A DNA stretch of 43,379 bases from Candidatus Gottesmanbacteria bacterium RBG_16_37_8 (GTDB lineage: Bacteria > Patescibacteriota > Microgenomatia > 2-02-FULL-39-11). This document shows, in pieces, positions 34,193 to 42,408 of the stretch. A program made the translations under genes and the position numbers. The notes under the pieces are model-generated. The model was not told the origin of the DNA and ran no database searches. It was given only the letters and a program-made list of their open reading frames with translations. The DNA lies in contig MFJA01000011.1 in NCBI GenBank assembly GCA_001779055.1, forward strand, positions 23,102 through 66,480, in the 5' to 3' direction. Each line of letters opens with the position of its first letter. Position 1 is the stretch's first letter.

Positions 34193-35706
34193 TATTAATA
34201 ATCGATTTCGGCTCTCAAACCTGTCATCTGATTAGCCGGCGAATAAAAGATCTGGGTGTTGCCACCGAGATTGTCCTGCCGCATAAAGTCTTATCCGTCC
34301 TCAAAGAAAAAAAACCCAAAGGGATAATTTTATCCGGAGGCCCCGCCTCGGTTTATGCCCCAAATGCGCTTCTGGTTGATGAAAAAATATTTGAACTGGC
34401 AGTTCCCGTCTTGGGAATCTGTTACGGTCTACAGATCATGGGGCAAATGTTGGGAGGAAAAGTTACTCCAGGGAGGAAAAAAGAATACGGCCCGACAATT
34501 TGCACTCTGAAATCAAATAATTCACTTTTTAAAGGACTGCCATCCAAAATGAAAGTCTGGATGAGTCATTTCGATACTGTCACCCTGCCTCCCCAAGGTG
34601 CAGCTATCATCGGTTCAACTCCCGAGGTTCCCGTGACCGCTATAGCTGATGAAAAGAAAAAATTTTACGGTGTCCAGTTTCACCCGGAAGTTCAACATAC
34701 GGAAAATGGCTCAATTATTCTAAAGAATTTTATTTTTCGAATCTGCGGAGAAACTTCAACAAAAAAAAATATCGATATAACTCAACTGGTAAAAAATATC
34801 AAAGAAACCATCAAAGATAGCCGTGCAGTTTGCGCTCTTTCAGGAGGAATTGATTCAACAGTTGCTGCAGTTTTAACTTATCAGGCAATCGGCAGTAGTC
34901 TGACCTGTTTTTATGTCGATACCGGTCTGATGCGTCTTGGTGAAACAGAAGAGGTAATAGAGAATTTTAAGAAAAATTTTAAATTTGATTTCCGGGTTAT
35001 CAATGCTGAAGAAATCTTCCTTTCAAAGCTTAAAGGCATCACCGATCCCGAGGAAAAAAGAAAAATCATCGGCGAAACCTTTATCAGAGTTTTTGAGTCA
35101 GAAGCCAAAAAATTAGCTGCCGAATTTCTTATCCAGGGAACAATTTATCCGGATGTTATAGAAAGCAAAGGTACTCTTCATGCTGAAAAAATAAAAACTC
35201 ATCATAATGTCGGCGGTTTGCCGGATAAACACGGATTTACCATAGTTGAACCTTTAAGAATGTTATATAAGGATGAAGTGAGACAAATAGCCAAAACATT
35301 GAAAATTCCCCAAAATATAATCCATCGTCACGTTTTTCCGGGTCCAGGCTTGGCTGTCAGAATAATCGGCGAAGTCAACAAAGAAAAACTGGAGATTTTA
35401 AGAAAGGCAGACTCAATTGTTATTGAAGAGATAAAAAAGGCAGGAATTTATGATGACATCTGGATGGCTTTTGCAGTTTTAACGGGAATTAAAACTACAG
35501 GTGTGGCCGGTGATGAAAGGAAATACGGTGAAACGATTGCCATAAGATGTATTGAGTCCAAAGATACCATGACCGCCGATTGGGTTCGTCTTCCCTATGA
35601 TTTGCTGGCCAGAATTTCAGAAAGAGTAGTCAATGAAGTCTTTGAGGTTGTCAGAGTGGTTTATGATATAACCACCAAACCTCCGTCAACCATGGAATGG
35701 GAATAA
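34189..35706 (+). CDS. guaA: GMP synthase (glutamine-hydrolysing)
   Basis: GATase motifs GICYGLQ and QFHPE. ATP-PPase P-loop ALSGGIDSTV. C-terminal KPPSTMEWE. Confidence 0.95.
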   Translation: MILIIDFGSQTCHLISRRIKDLGVATEIVLPHKVLSVLKEKKPKGIILSGGPASVYAPNALLVDEKIFELAVPVLGICYGLQIMGQMLGGKVTPGRKKEYGPTICTLKSNNSLFKGLPSKMKVWMSHFDTVTLPPQGAAIIGSTPEVPVTAIADEKKKFYGVQFHPEVQHTENGSIILKNFIFRICGETSTKKNIDITQLVKNIKETIKDSRAVCALSGGIDSTVAAVLTYQAIGSSLTCFYVDTGLMRLGETEEVIENFKKNFKFDFRVINAEEIFLSKLKGITDPEEKRKIIGETFIRVFESEAKKLAAEFLIQGTIYPDVIESKGTLHAEKIKTHHNVGGLPDKHGFTIVEPLRMLYKDEVRQIAKTLKIPQNIIHRHVFPGPGLAVRIIGEVNKEKLEILRKADSIVIEEIKKAGIYDDIWMAFAVLTGIKTTGVAGDERKYGETIAIRCIESKDTMTADWVRLPYDLLARISERVVNEVFEVVRVVYDITTKPPSTMEWE

Positions 35707-36033
35707 TTATAACCCCGCTCCTTTTAATCCGAAAAGGTAGGCTACCAATTGCACAATCCAATACGAGGTAAAAATTATAAAAAAACCGATTATTGCCTGA
35801 GTAATTTTTGTTTTCCCCATCTCCGTCTTTTTCGGGTCTCCCATCGAAGTCAGAAAATCAAATCCTCCCCAGATAAGATAAAGAAGAAGAGCAATGCCGG
35901 CCAAAGCCAATATCAGGGGAACAGCATTATTAACCAAAGACGCCAGATTAGTGAATTTTCCGGGTGGTAATGGTCCGCTTATTTTCCCTGTAACTCCGGG
36001 AATTATAAGTCCCTGTACTAATAAATAATCCAT
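35707..36033 (-). CDS. TrbC/VirB2-like small two-TM 'pilin' protein
   Basis: 108 aa. ...PLILALAGIALLLYLIWGGFDFLTSMGDPKKTEMGKTKITQAIIGFFIIFTSYWIVQLVAYL... It is a paralog of 1..301. Its stop abuts the guaA stop with no gap. Confidence 0.65.
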   Translation of the reverse strand: MDYLLVQGLIIPGVTGKISGPLPPGKFTNLASLVNNAVPLILALAGIALLLYLIWGGFDFLTSMGDPKKTEMGKTKITQAIIGFFIIFTSYWIVQLVAYLFGLKGAGL

Positions 36034-36047
36034 ATTTACCTTTATTA

Positions 36048-37481
36048 TTAATCAAATTCTGGTAAATCCAAAATATCAACGGCAATTATTCTCAAAAGAA
36101 AAATTGAAAAAATAATCAGCATCAGTCCTAACAAGGACGAAACGATAATTTCCTTGCCCATAGCTACCCTTTCCGGATTACCTCTTGATGTTAAGAAAAT
36201 AAACGCCCCGTATAGGAAGTACAGAAAGGCAATCGCCCCGGCAAATCCCAACCCTATCCCGAATAATTGGTCTTTAATAATGCTTCCCAGATCCGTTGAC
36301 AGACACCCGATAGCTGTCCATATTTTTGCTTTTTCTCCTTTACCCATGCAGTCCCAACATTTTCCTCTCAAATTATCCTCAGTTGTTAATTGATCACATA
36401 ATGGTGCCAGTGACTGATAAGGCGGAATTGACGGTTCCTCCGGTTGACAGAATGGGCATTTCTGTTTGCATATTGGAAAGTCACAACCGTTAACATCCGT
36501 ACATGGACTTGTCTTGCATTCAGCAGGAAGTGGCGGTTGACAGCAGACGAGCGTTCCTAAACAGAATTCATCACCCGGCGGAACCGGATCCGTACAGGAA
36601 TCATAGCGTTTGCATGAATTTGGAGAATTACATATATATGTACCTTTTTCCACTACTTCAAATGTTTTGGAGGCAAATATTGTATTCCCGAAACCATATT
36701 GAAGTTCAATAAGATGTGTACCCAAAGGTAATGGTTTTAAAACAAACCAAATATCCGATTTATCTGGACTAGTCATAGTACCGGGATCTTTTATAACAGG
36801 AGGACGAGGAAATCCACCGAGATTTTCATGGTCAAGTTTCGTTACATATACGGGTATATTTGCCTTATCGGCAAATGTGACAGTTATTTTCCATTCCGAA
36901 TCAAGATCATGTTTAAAATTTAAAGATTGGGCTTGGATATCAACATGAATATTACTTACCATGCTGTAATTTCCTTCACACAGGTTAAACTTGTCATTAT
37001 TAGAATCCCATGTCTGTAAATACAATTTAAAATCTCCTTCAGCCGAACGCCATCCAGCTGGTACAAAACCGCAATCATTAAACATCGGTCTTTCGTCAAT
37101 AATTTGGTCAGTCGTATTTTTTGGAGCTTGAGGGCGATTTCTGCAAATAGTATATCCAGCTTTAGGTGCCCAGGGAAAAGTTTGCAGGTTTTTTTCCAGG
37201 ATATCAGGAATTCCCTTATCCAGATCATAGAAGGTATATTTATTCCAGAATGATGTGGGAATTTTACTCAAATCAAATATAAATTTGACACTGTTTGTTC
37301 CCTGAGCAATTTTGTTTGTACTCTGATCCAGCATACAGTTCACCGGATCGATACATTGGACTTTAAAACCGCAGTCTGCATCAATAAAAGGAGCTTCTTG
37401 AGCTTTAACTTTTTCGTAAGGACGAAAAAGCAGAAATAGCGGAAGAAATATCAGAACGATAATAATTTTCAATATTTTCAT
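36048..37481 (-). CDS. secreted cysteine-rich protein with a C-terminal VirB2-like pilin module
   Basis: 477 aa. Signal peptide, then about 390 aa of ectodomain whose last third is packed with Cys (CNSPNSCKRYDSCTD...LVCCQPP...CKTSPCTDVNGCDFPICKQKCPFCQ). The C-terminus CWDC...WTAIGCLSTD...GAIAFLYFLYGAFIFLTSRGNPERVAMGKEIIVSSLLGLMLIIFSIFLLRIIAVDILDLPEF aligns with 37485..37967. Confidence 0.65.
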   Translation of the reverse strand: MKILKIIIVLIFLPLFLLFRPYEKVKAQEAPFIDADCGFKVQCIDPVNCMLDQSTNKIAQGTNSVKFIFDLSKIPTSFWNKYTFYDLDKGIPDILEKNLQTFPWAPKAGYTICRNRPQAPKNTTDQIIDERPMFNDCGFVPAGWRSAEGDFKLYLQTWDSNNDKFNLCEGNYSMVSNIHVDIQAQSLNFKHDLDSEWKITVTFADKANIPVYVTKLDHENLGGFPRPPVIKDPGTMTSPDKSDIWFVLKPLPLGTHLIELQYGFGNTIFASKTFEVVEKGTYICNSPNSCKRYDSCTDPVPPGDEFCLGTLVCCQPPLPAECKTSPCTDVNGCDFPICKQKCPFCQPEEPSIPPYQSLAPLCDQLTTEDNLRGKCWDCMGKGEKAKIWTAIGCLSTDLGSIIKDQLFGIGLGFAGAIAFLYFLYGAFIFLTSRGNPERVAMGKEIIVSSLLGLMLIIFSIFLLRIIAVDILDLPEFD

Positions 37482-37484
37482 TTT

Positions 37485-37967
37485 TTATCCGAATCCGGGA
37501 ATCTTTAGAATATCAAAGCCGATAACCCGCAGTAAAAATACCGAGAAAACAATAATCAGGATCCCCAAAATTGATGAGGTGATCATATCTTTTCCTGCCT
37601 GGATCTTTTCCGGATTGCCTGATGATGTCAGAACCGTCGCGCTTCCCCAAAGTACCGCCATAAAAGCAATTCCTCCGGCTGCTCCGAAAACAATGGTTAG
37701 TATCGACTGGACGAATTTTTCAGGCTTGGTAGAAAAACAGCCTAATACCGTATAGTAATTGCCTTTAAGTTCATTACCGCTTGAATCATAAAGGCATTGC
37801 CGGCAGGAGGTCCAGTCAGGGGGCTTGGGATTGATTGTCCGATTGCACCAGCCGCATAAATCACAGGTCGGTATTCCGGTTGGCGTCACTGCGGCAAAAA
37901 CAGGAGGATGAAAAAACCGGAATAATACAAATGTTAAGAATAAAAGAGGCAATAAAAGCCTGGGCAT
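37485..37967 (-). CDS. secreted Cys-containing protein with a C-terminal VirB2-like pilin module
   Basis: 160 aa. Signal peptide, CDLCGWC...CRQC...YTVLGCFSTKPE...GGIAFMAVLWGSATVLTSSGNPEKIQAGKDMITSSILGILIIVFSVFLLRVIGFDILKIPGF. Confidence 0.65.
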   Translation of the reverse strand: MPRLLLPLLFLTFVLFRFFHPPVFAAVTPTGIPTCDLCGWCNRTINPKPPDWTSCRQCLYDSSGNELKGNYYTVLGCFSTKPEKFVQSILTIVFGAAGGIAFMAVLWGSATVLTSSGNPEKIQAGKDMITSSILGILIIVFSVFLLRVIGFDILKIPGFG

Positions 37968-37974
37968 TAAAATT

Positions 37975-38004
37975 AGTGTAACAGATCGGGATCTGTTCCC
38001 TCAA
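37975..38004 (-). promoter_or_regulatory. promoter of the pilin operon (leaderless)
   Basis: The minus strand reads TTGAGG(38004..37999)-18 nt-TACACT(37980..37975)-7 nt-ATG(37967). It uses the same TACACT -10 as the pilin-like gene at 301. Confidence 0.35.
37980..37997. promoter_or_regulatory. perfect palindrome (operator candidate) in the divergent pilin/spoIID control region
   Basis: AACAGATC-GG-GATCTGTT. It lies in the spacer of the minus-strand promoter and over the -35 position of the plus-strand promoter. Confidence 0.45.
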
Positions 38005-38007
38005 CAT

Positions 38008-38015
38008 TGTATAAT
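38008..38015 (+). promoter_or_regulatory. -10 element (TGTATAAT) 7 nt upstream of the spoIID-like GTG start
   Basis: TATAAT at 38010..38015, preceded by TG. The GTG at 38023 opens a clear signal peptide, so it is the real start. Confidence 0.35.
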
Positions 38016-38022
38016 TAAACCT

Positions 38023-39744
38023 GTGCCCAAACTGAAAATAGTTTCCATATTCTTGTTTCTTGTTTCTTGTTTCTTGTTTCTTAATGCTCGTCTGGTTATG
38101 GCTGACGAGCTTGAAGAAATTGAAAAAAAATTATCTGATTTAAAGCGTGCTTTGCAAATGTCTATTGCCGCCACCTCCCCCCTGGAAAAAAACCTGACTA
38201 CTTTGCAAAAAAACCTCTCTGAAATCCAGAGTAAAATAACTATTATTGAAGCTGATGTAGTTTTGAAAGAAAAGGAAGTCTTGGAAGGCGAAAAACTGCT
38301 GATTTTAGCCCAGGAATTATTAGGCCAGAAGGTCCGCCAGATTTATATTTCTTCCTCTCAATTCAACAGTACCAAAGTACTTCTTCTTCTAGGAAAAAAT
38401 CTCAATCTGACACTAAGGCAGTTTGGCTACCAGAAAAAGGCTATCGAAAATGACCGCGATACCATAGTCAAAGTAGTTCTCTATATCAAAGACCTGGAAA
38501 ATAAGAAAAAAACTCTCGAAAGTGAAAAAGTCAGATTGGCAAGCGTCAAAAAAGAAACTGATAACCAGGCCCAGTTTTTACAAAAAGAAATAACCGGAGC
38601 CAAAAAATATCAGGGTACACTGTCTAGTCAGATAGCTCAGCTGTCTGCTCGCCAGCAACAGTTACTAGTCCAAAAGCTGGAAAGCCTGCATCTGCCGACA
38701 TCCTTAGGTGCAGGACCTCTCTTTTGTACTGATGACAGAAAGCTTGACCCCGGTTTTTCTCCTTCCTTTGCGGCATTTACATATGGCATACCCCACCGGG
38801 TGGGTATGAATCAGTATGGTGCTTTAGGACGAGCTAAATCCGGACAAAATCATAAGGACATCCTCAATGCCTATTATCAGGGGATTAGTTTTGAGACCAG
38901 AGACTCCAATATGAAAATTAAAGTCCAGGGCTACGGTGAAAAAAATCTGGATGAATACCTGCTGGGAATCTATGAAATGCCGGACAGTTGGCCGCTTGAA
39001 GCTTTAAAAGCTCAAGCTGTTGCCGCCCGTTCTTATGCTTTAGCCTATACCAATAACGGACAGAGTGAAATCTGCACCACCCAAGCCTGTCAGGTTTATA
39101 AGGGAGGCAACAAAGGCGGCAATTGGGAAAAAGCCGTCAATGATACCAAAGGTGAAATCATGGTCTATCAGGGGGAAATTGTTAAAGCCTGGTACGCTTC
39201 AACTTTCGGCGGTTTCTCTTTTACCTCAGGTGATGTCTGGGGTTCGGACCGGGGATATACCAGAAGAATGAGAGACACAAGTGGTGATGTTGGCAGTTTT
39301 TCCGATCTGTCAGAAAAAGCATATGACCGAGAATCTCCCTGTTTCTATGCCGCCCAGGGTTTTAGGAGTGAGTATGCCAAATCAGCCTGGCTCAAGTCTG
39401 ATGAAGTAGCCGATATAGTCAACGTGCTTCTTCTTGCCAAAAACGATGGGACAACCCAATCTCACTTATCTCAAATCGATAAACCAAATCCTGACGGTGT
39501 TGATACTTGGGATGCCGGTCGCGTTAAAAGTGAATTGAAAAACCGCGGGATTACCCCCTATAATTCCATCTCGCAGGCAAGTGTCGATTGGGATAAGGGA
39601 GGAGGCAAAGTCAACTCCATATCTATCCAGGGTGATGCAGGAACAAGTTCCTTCGATGGAACGGAATTCAGAAACTTTTTTAATTTGCGGGCACCGGCCA
39701 ATATTCAAATCGTCGGCCCGTTATATAATATTGAAAGAAAATAA
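38023..39744 (+). CDS. SpoIID/LytB-domain peptidoglycan-remodelling protein with an N-terminal coiled coil
   Basis: Signal peptide ending VMA|DE, then about 180 aa of heptad-rich coiled coil. SpoIID signature: GIPHRVGMNQYGALGRA...LEALKAQAVAARSYAL...CTTQACQVYKG. Confidence 0.8.
   Translation: MPKLKIVSIFLFLVSCFLFLNARLVMADELEEIEKKLSDLKRALQMSIAATSPLEKNLTTLQKNLSEIQSKITIIEADVVLKEKEVLEGEKLLILAQELLGQKVRQIYISSSQFNSTKVLLLLGKNLNLTLRQFGYQKKAIENDRDTIVKVVLYIKDLENKKKTLESEKVRLASVKKETDNQAQFLQKEITGAKKYQGTLSSQIAQLSARQQQLLVQKLESLHLPTSLGAGPLFCTDDRKLDPGFSPSFAAFTYGIPHRVGMNQYGALGRAKSGQNHKDILNAYYQGISFETRDSNMKIKVQGYGEKNLDEYLLGIYEMPDSWPLEALKAQAVAARSYALAYTNNGQSEICTTQACQVYKGGNKGGNWEKAVNDTKGEIMVYQGEIVKAWYASTFGGFSFTSGDVWGSDRGYTRRMRDTSGDVGSFSDLSEKAYDRESPCFYAAQGFRSEYAKSAWLKSDEVADIVNVLLLAKNDGTTQSHLSQIDKPNPDGVDTWDAGRVKSELKNRGITPYNSISQASVDWDKGGGKVNSISIQGDAGTSSFDGTEFRNFFNLRAPANIQIVGPLYNIERK
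38051..38082 (+). repeat. heptanucleotide tandem repeat (TCTTGTT, 4 copies plus a partial one) inside the spoIID-like signal-peptide codons
   Basis: tcttgtt tcttgtt tcttgtt tcttgtt tctt. It encodes FLFLVSCFLFL. Confidence 0.9.
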
Positions 39745-39745
39745 A

Positions 39746-40360
39746 ATGCCGGAAATATTTGTTTCACCAGACTCCAGTCACGCTCCTATAAAAACTGGCA
39801 ATTTAAATAAGCCTCATCCTTTATCTGCCTTCATGTTTATGCCAGACGGTATAAGCTTTGAGAATCAGGAGCCGGACGAAACCATAGTTCTTTTATTAAG
39901 AAAACATTTTATTACCAATCTTTCCTGGTTGTTTATAAGTTTTATTCTTCTGTTAATTCCAATTACTTTTTTCCCTTTTATTGTCATTAATAATCTCATT
40001 CCCCAGCTGCCGCTTGCTTTTTTCAGATTAGTAACTCCTGTCTGGTATCTTTTTACGGCAAGTTATATTCTGGTTAATTTTTTAATGTGGTATTTTACTA
40101 TCTCGATAGTCACTACCGAAAGAATTCTTGATATCGATTTTATTAATCTCTTAAATAAAAAAGTCGCTGAAACCAGATTGACAAAAGTCGAAGATGTTAC
40201 CCAGAGAACCGGCGGCTTTATGGAAGCTTTTTTTGACTACGGTAATGTCATTGTCCAAACCGCCGGAGCAGAAGCGGTTTTTCTTTTTCATGCTGTTCCC
40301 AAACCCCAGCAGGTTGTCAGGATTATCAATCAGCTTCTGGAAAGGGAAGAAGAACAGTAG
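39746..40360 (+). CDS. membrane protein, two TM segments followed by a bacterial PH-like (YdbT/DUF304-like) domain
   Basis: The ATG at 39746 lies 1 nt after the spoIID stop. ETIVLLLRKHFITNLSW, two TM segments, then ...IVTTERILDIDF...VEDVTQRTGGFMEAFFDYGNVIVQTAG. Confidence 0.55.
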   Translation: MPEIFVSPDSSHAPIKTGNLNKPHPLSAFMFMPDGISFENQEPDETIVLLLRKHFITNLSWLFISFILLLIPITFFPFIVINNLIPQLPLAFFRLVTPVWYLFTASYILVNFLMWYFTISIVTTERILDIDFINLLNKKVAETRLTKVEDVTQRTGGFMEAFFDYGNVIVQTAGAEAVFLFHAVPKPQQVVRIINQLLEREEEQ

Positions 40361-40364
40361 TTTT

Positions 40365-40616
40365 ATGCCTACAGATGAATTTATTCTGGATTTAATAAGC
40401 AAATTACCCTTTATCTTGATTAGAATTTTTACGGTAATTCTTCTTTTGATGCATCTTCTTTTCTCGGTAGTTATTGTCAGACAAACCAGAATTTTATCAA
40501 AAATTGTGGAAGCCAAATTCTCTCCGACTATCCAGTTAATCTCTGTTCTTCATTTAATGGCTTCACTTGGTGTTTTGCTTTTTACCATAATCTATTTGTT
40601 CTTTTTGAATCTATGA
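40365..40616 (+). CDS. small two-TM membrane protein
   Basis: The ATG at 40365 lies 4 nt after the upstream stop. 83 aa, MPTDEFILDLISKLPFILIRIFTVILLLMHLLFSVVIVRQ...; overlaps the next gene by ATGA. Confidence 0.5.
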   Translation: MPTDEFILDLISKLPFILIRIFTVILLLMHLLFSVVIVRQTRILSKIVEAKFSPTIQLISVLHLMASLGVLLFTIIYLFFLNL

Positions 40617-42400
40617 ATTATCAATACCGTTCAGCCAAAATAACTTCTCCTTCAACGGAAATTTATTGGGGCGGCTGTTTTGTTGAAAATGAACTGATAG
40701 TTCTATTGGAAATTGGTTGCGATGGTTCAATTCCGGCTTCTCATCTTGGAAAGAATGTTTTTGATTCTCTGCTTGCCTTATTCAAAGAGCTTCCTTCAAA
40801 AGATAAAGATGCTGTTAAAACTCTTCTTAAAGATATATCCGGTTTCTCCTTCATAAAAACAGCCTTAATAGGCATTATCTCTGATTCACGGATTTATCTT
40901 GGTTGTCAGGGTAAAGGTCAGGCGGTTCTCATAAGAGATGAAGAAGTAGGTGCCATAGTTTCAGGCGGCTTCATTTCTCAAGGTCAAGTAGAAATAAATG
41001 ACCGGATAATTTTCCATTCCGACCATCTGGCTGAAATTTTGGGTACAAAAACTTTGGACAAAATTTATCATGCCCAGCTCCTTGAAGATTTTGAAGAAGA
41101 ATTAGGCGGCATTCTGTCAAGTAGTGAAAAGGCCAAAGGCTTGGCTGTGCTTGAACTGGTTATTACCGCCAAAAAAACTTTACCGGAAATAAATAGTATC
41201 AATAAATTAACCGGACTTTCCGCCCAAAAGTATATCATCTCGTTTTTACTTGAAAAATATAATCAAATTAAAACTTTCTATACCCGTAAAACCGGACGCC
41301 AAAAATTTTTCCTGATAGCGCTCTTTATTCTTTTTGTTTTTTTTATACTTAATACCTTTTCAGGTTATATCCGTTCCAATAATTCTCAAAAATTAAAACA
41401 ATTAAACGAGTCGCTAAGTCAGGTTAATCAGCAATTCGAAGAAGCTGGAGCTCTTTTAGAGTTAAATCCGGTAAGGTCAAGAGAGCTTCTGGGAAGCGCC
41501 AAATTAACCGTCAGTCAACTTTTGTCAAAAACAAAAAAGAATTCCAGGGAATACAAACTCTTAGCTGAATGGTTTGAAAAAATATCATCATCAGAAATCG
41601 GTGCCTATAAAATCTATAAGTTAACAGCGGTTCCCGTCTTCTTTGATATTTCCTTAATCAAGCCGGAAGGCCGGGCTGATCTGATTTCAACTTATCAGGA
41701 TAAGAACGTCATTTTGGACCGCCAAAATAAAACCCTTTATTTTTTGGACACATCAACCAAGCAGTCGGCAGTTTTAGCCGGCAGTGATGTTGTTAAAAAT
41801 GCCCAAACAGTAGCCATTCACGGAAATAATGCTTATGTTCTCAGTGATGACGGTATCTTTACAATAGATATTGAAAAAAAGACTGCCGAAAAGGTTATAG
41901 AGCATGATAGCAGCTGGGGGGACATAGCTTCATTTCAGGCTTTTGCCGCTAATCTTTATCTTCTGGACAGGAAAAATAATACTATCTGGAAATATCTCTC
42001 AACAGAAACCGGTTTTTCAGATAGACGCAGTTATCTCAATGCCGGAATTGGAGTCAGTTTGGCCGCCATGACTCAAATGAATATAGACGGTTCTATCTAT
42101 GTAACCGGCGGCAATGAAATCATAAAATTTACACAAGGAGCAAAAGACCAGTTTTCTTTAAAAGGTTTGGCAGACACCGTTAGTAAAATTGACTCATTCT
42201 CAACCAGTGAAAATGATAAAAATATCTATATTTTGGATAAAACCTTAAAAAGAATTGTTGTTTTTGATAAAGAAGGTTTATATCATTCCCAATATCAATG
42301 GGAGGATTTAGGTCAGGCTCAATCAATCGTCGCCTCAGAATCCGCAGGTTTTATTTTTGTCCTGATCGGTAATAAAATCTACTCCATCGATATTAAATAA
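40613..42400 (+). CDS. bitopic membrane protein: cytoplasmic N-domain, one TM segment, extracytoplasmic beta-propeller-like repeats
   Basis: 595 aa. TM segment FFLIALFILFVFFILNTF near residue 235. The C-terminal half has about 6 repeats of a hydrophobic strand motif: LYFLD, AYVLSDDGIF, LYLLDRKNNTIW, IYVTGGNEI, IYILDKTLKRIVVFD and IFVLIGNKIYSID. Confidence 0.55.
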   Translation: MNYQYRSAKITSPSTEIYWGGCFVENELIVLLEIGCDGSIPASHLGKNVFDSLLALFKELPSKDKDAVKTLLKDISGFSFIKTALIGIISDSRIYLGCQGKGQAVLIRDEEVGAIVSGGFISQGQVEINDRIIFHSDHLAEILGTKTLDKIYHAQLLEDFEEELGGILSSSEKAKGLAVLELVITAKKTLPEINSINKLTGLSAQKYIISFLLEKYNQIKTFYTRKTGRQKFFLIALFILFVFFILNTFSGYIRSNNSQKLKQLNESLSQVNQQFEEAGALLELNPVRSRELLGSAKLTVSQLLSKTKKNSREYKLLAEWFEKISSSEIGAYKIYKLTAVPVFFDISLIKPEGRADLISTYQDKNVILDRQNKTLYFLDTSTKQSAVLAGSDVVKNAQTVAIHGNNAYVLSDDGIFTIDIEKKTAEKVIEHDSSWGDIASFQAFAANLYLLDRKNNTIWKYLSTETGFSDRRSYLNAGIGVSLAAMTQMNIDGSIYVTGGNEIIKFTQGAKDQFSLKGLADTVSKIDSFSTSENDKNIYILDKTLKRIVVFDKEGLYHSQYQWEDLGQAQSIVASESAGFIFVLIGNKIYSIDIK

Positions 42401-42408
42401 TTTGTTTT

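Noticed and set aside
35704-35709. Zero-gap convergent stops (guaA/pilin at 35706/35707; also 9596/9604 and 16991/17001) with no terminator room.
   Set aside because: This is real but consistent with general genome compaction and is not a discrete feature.
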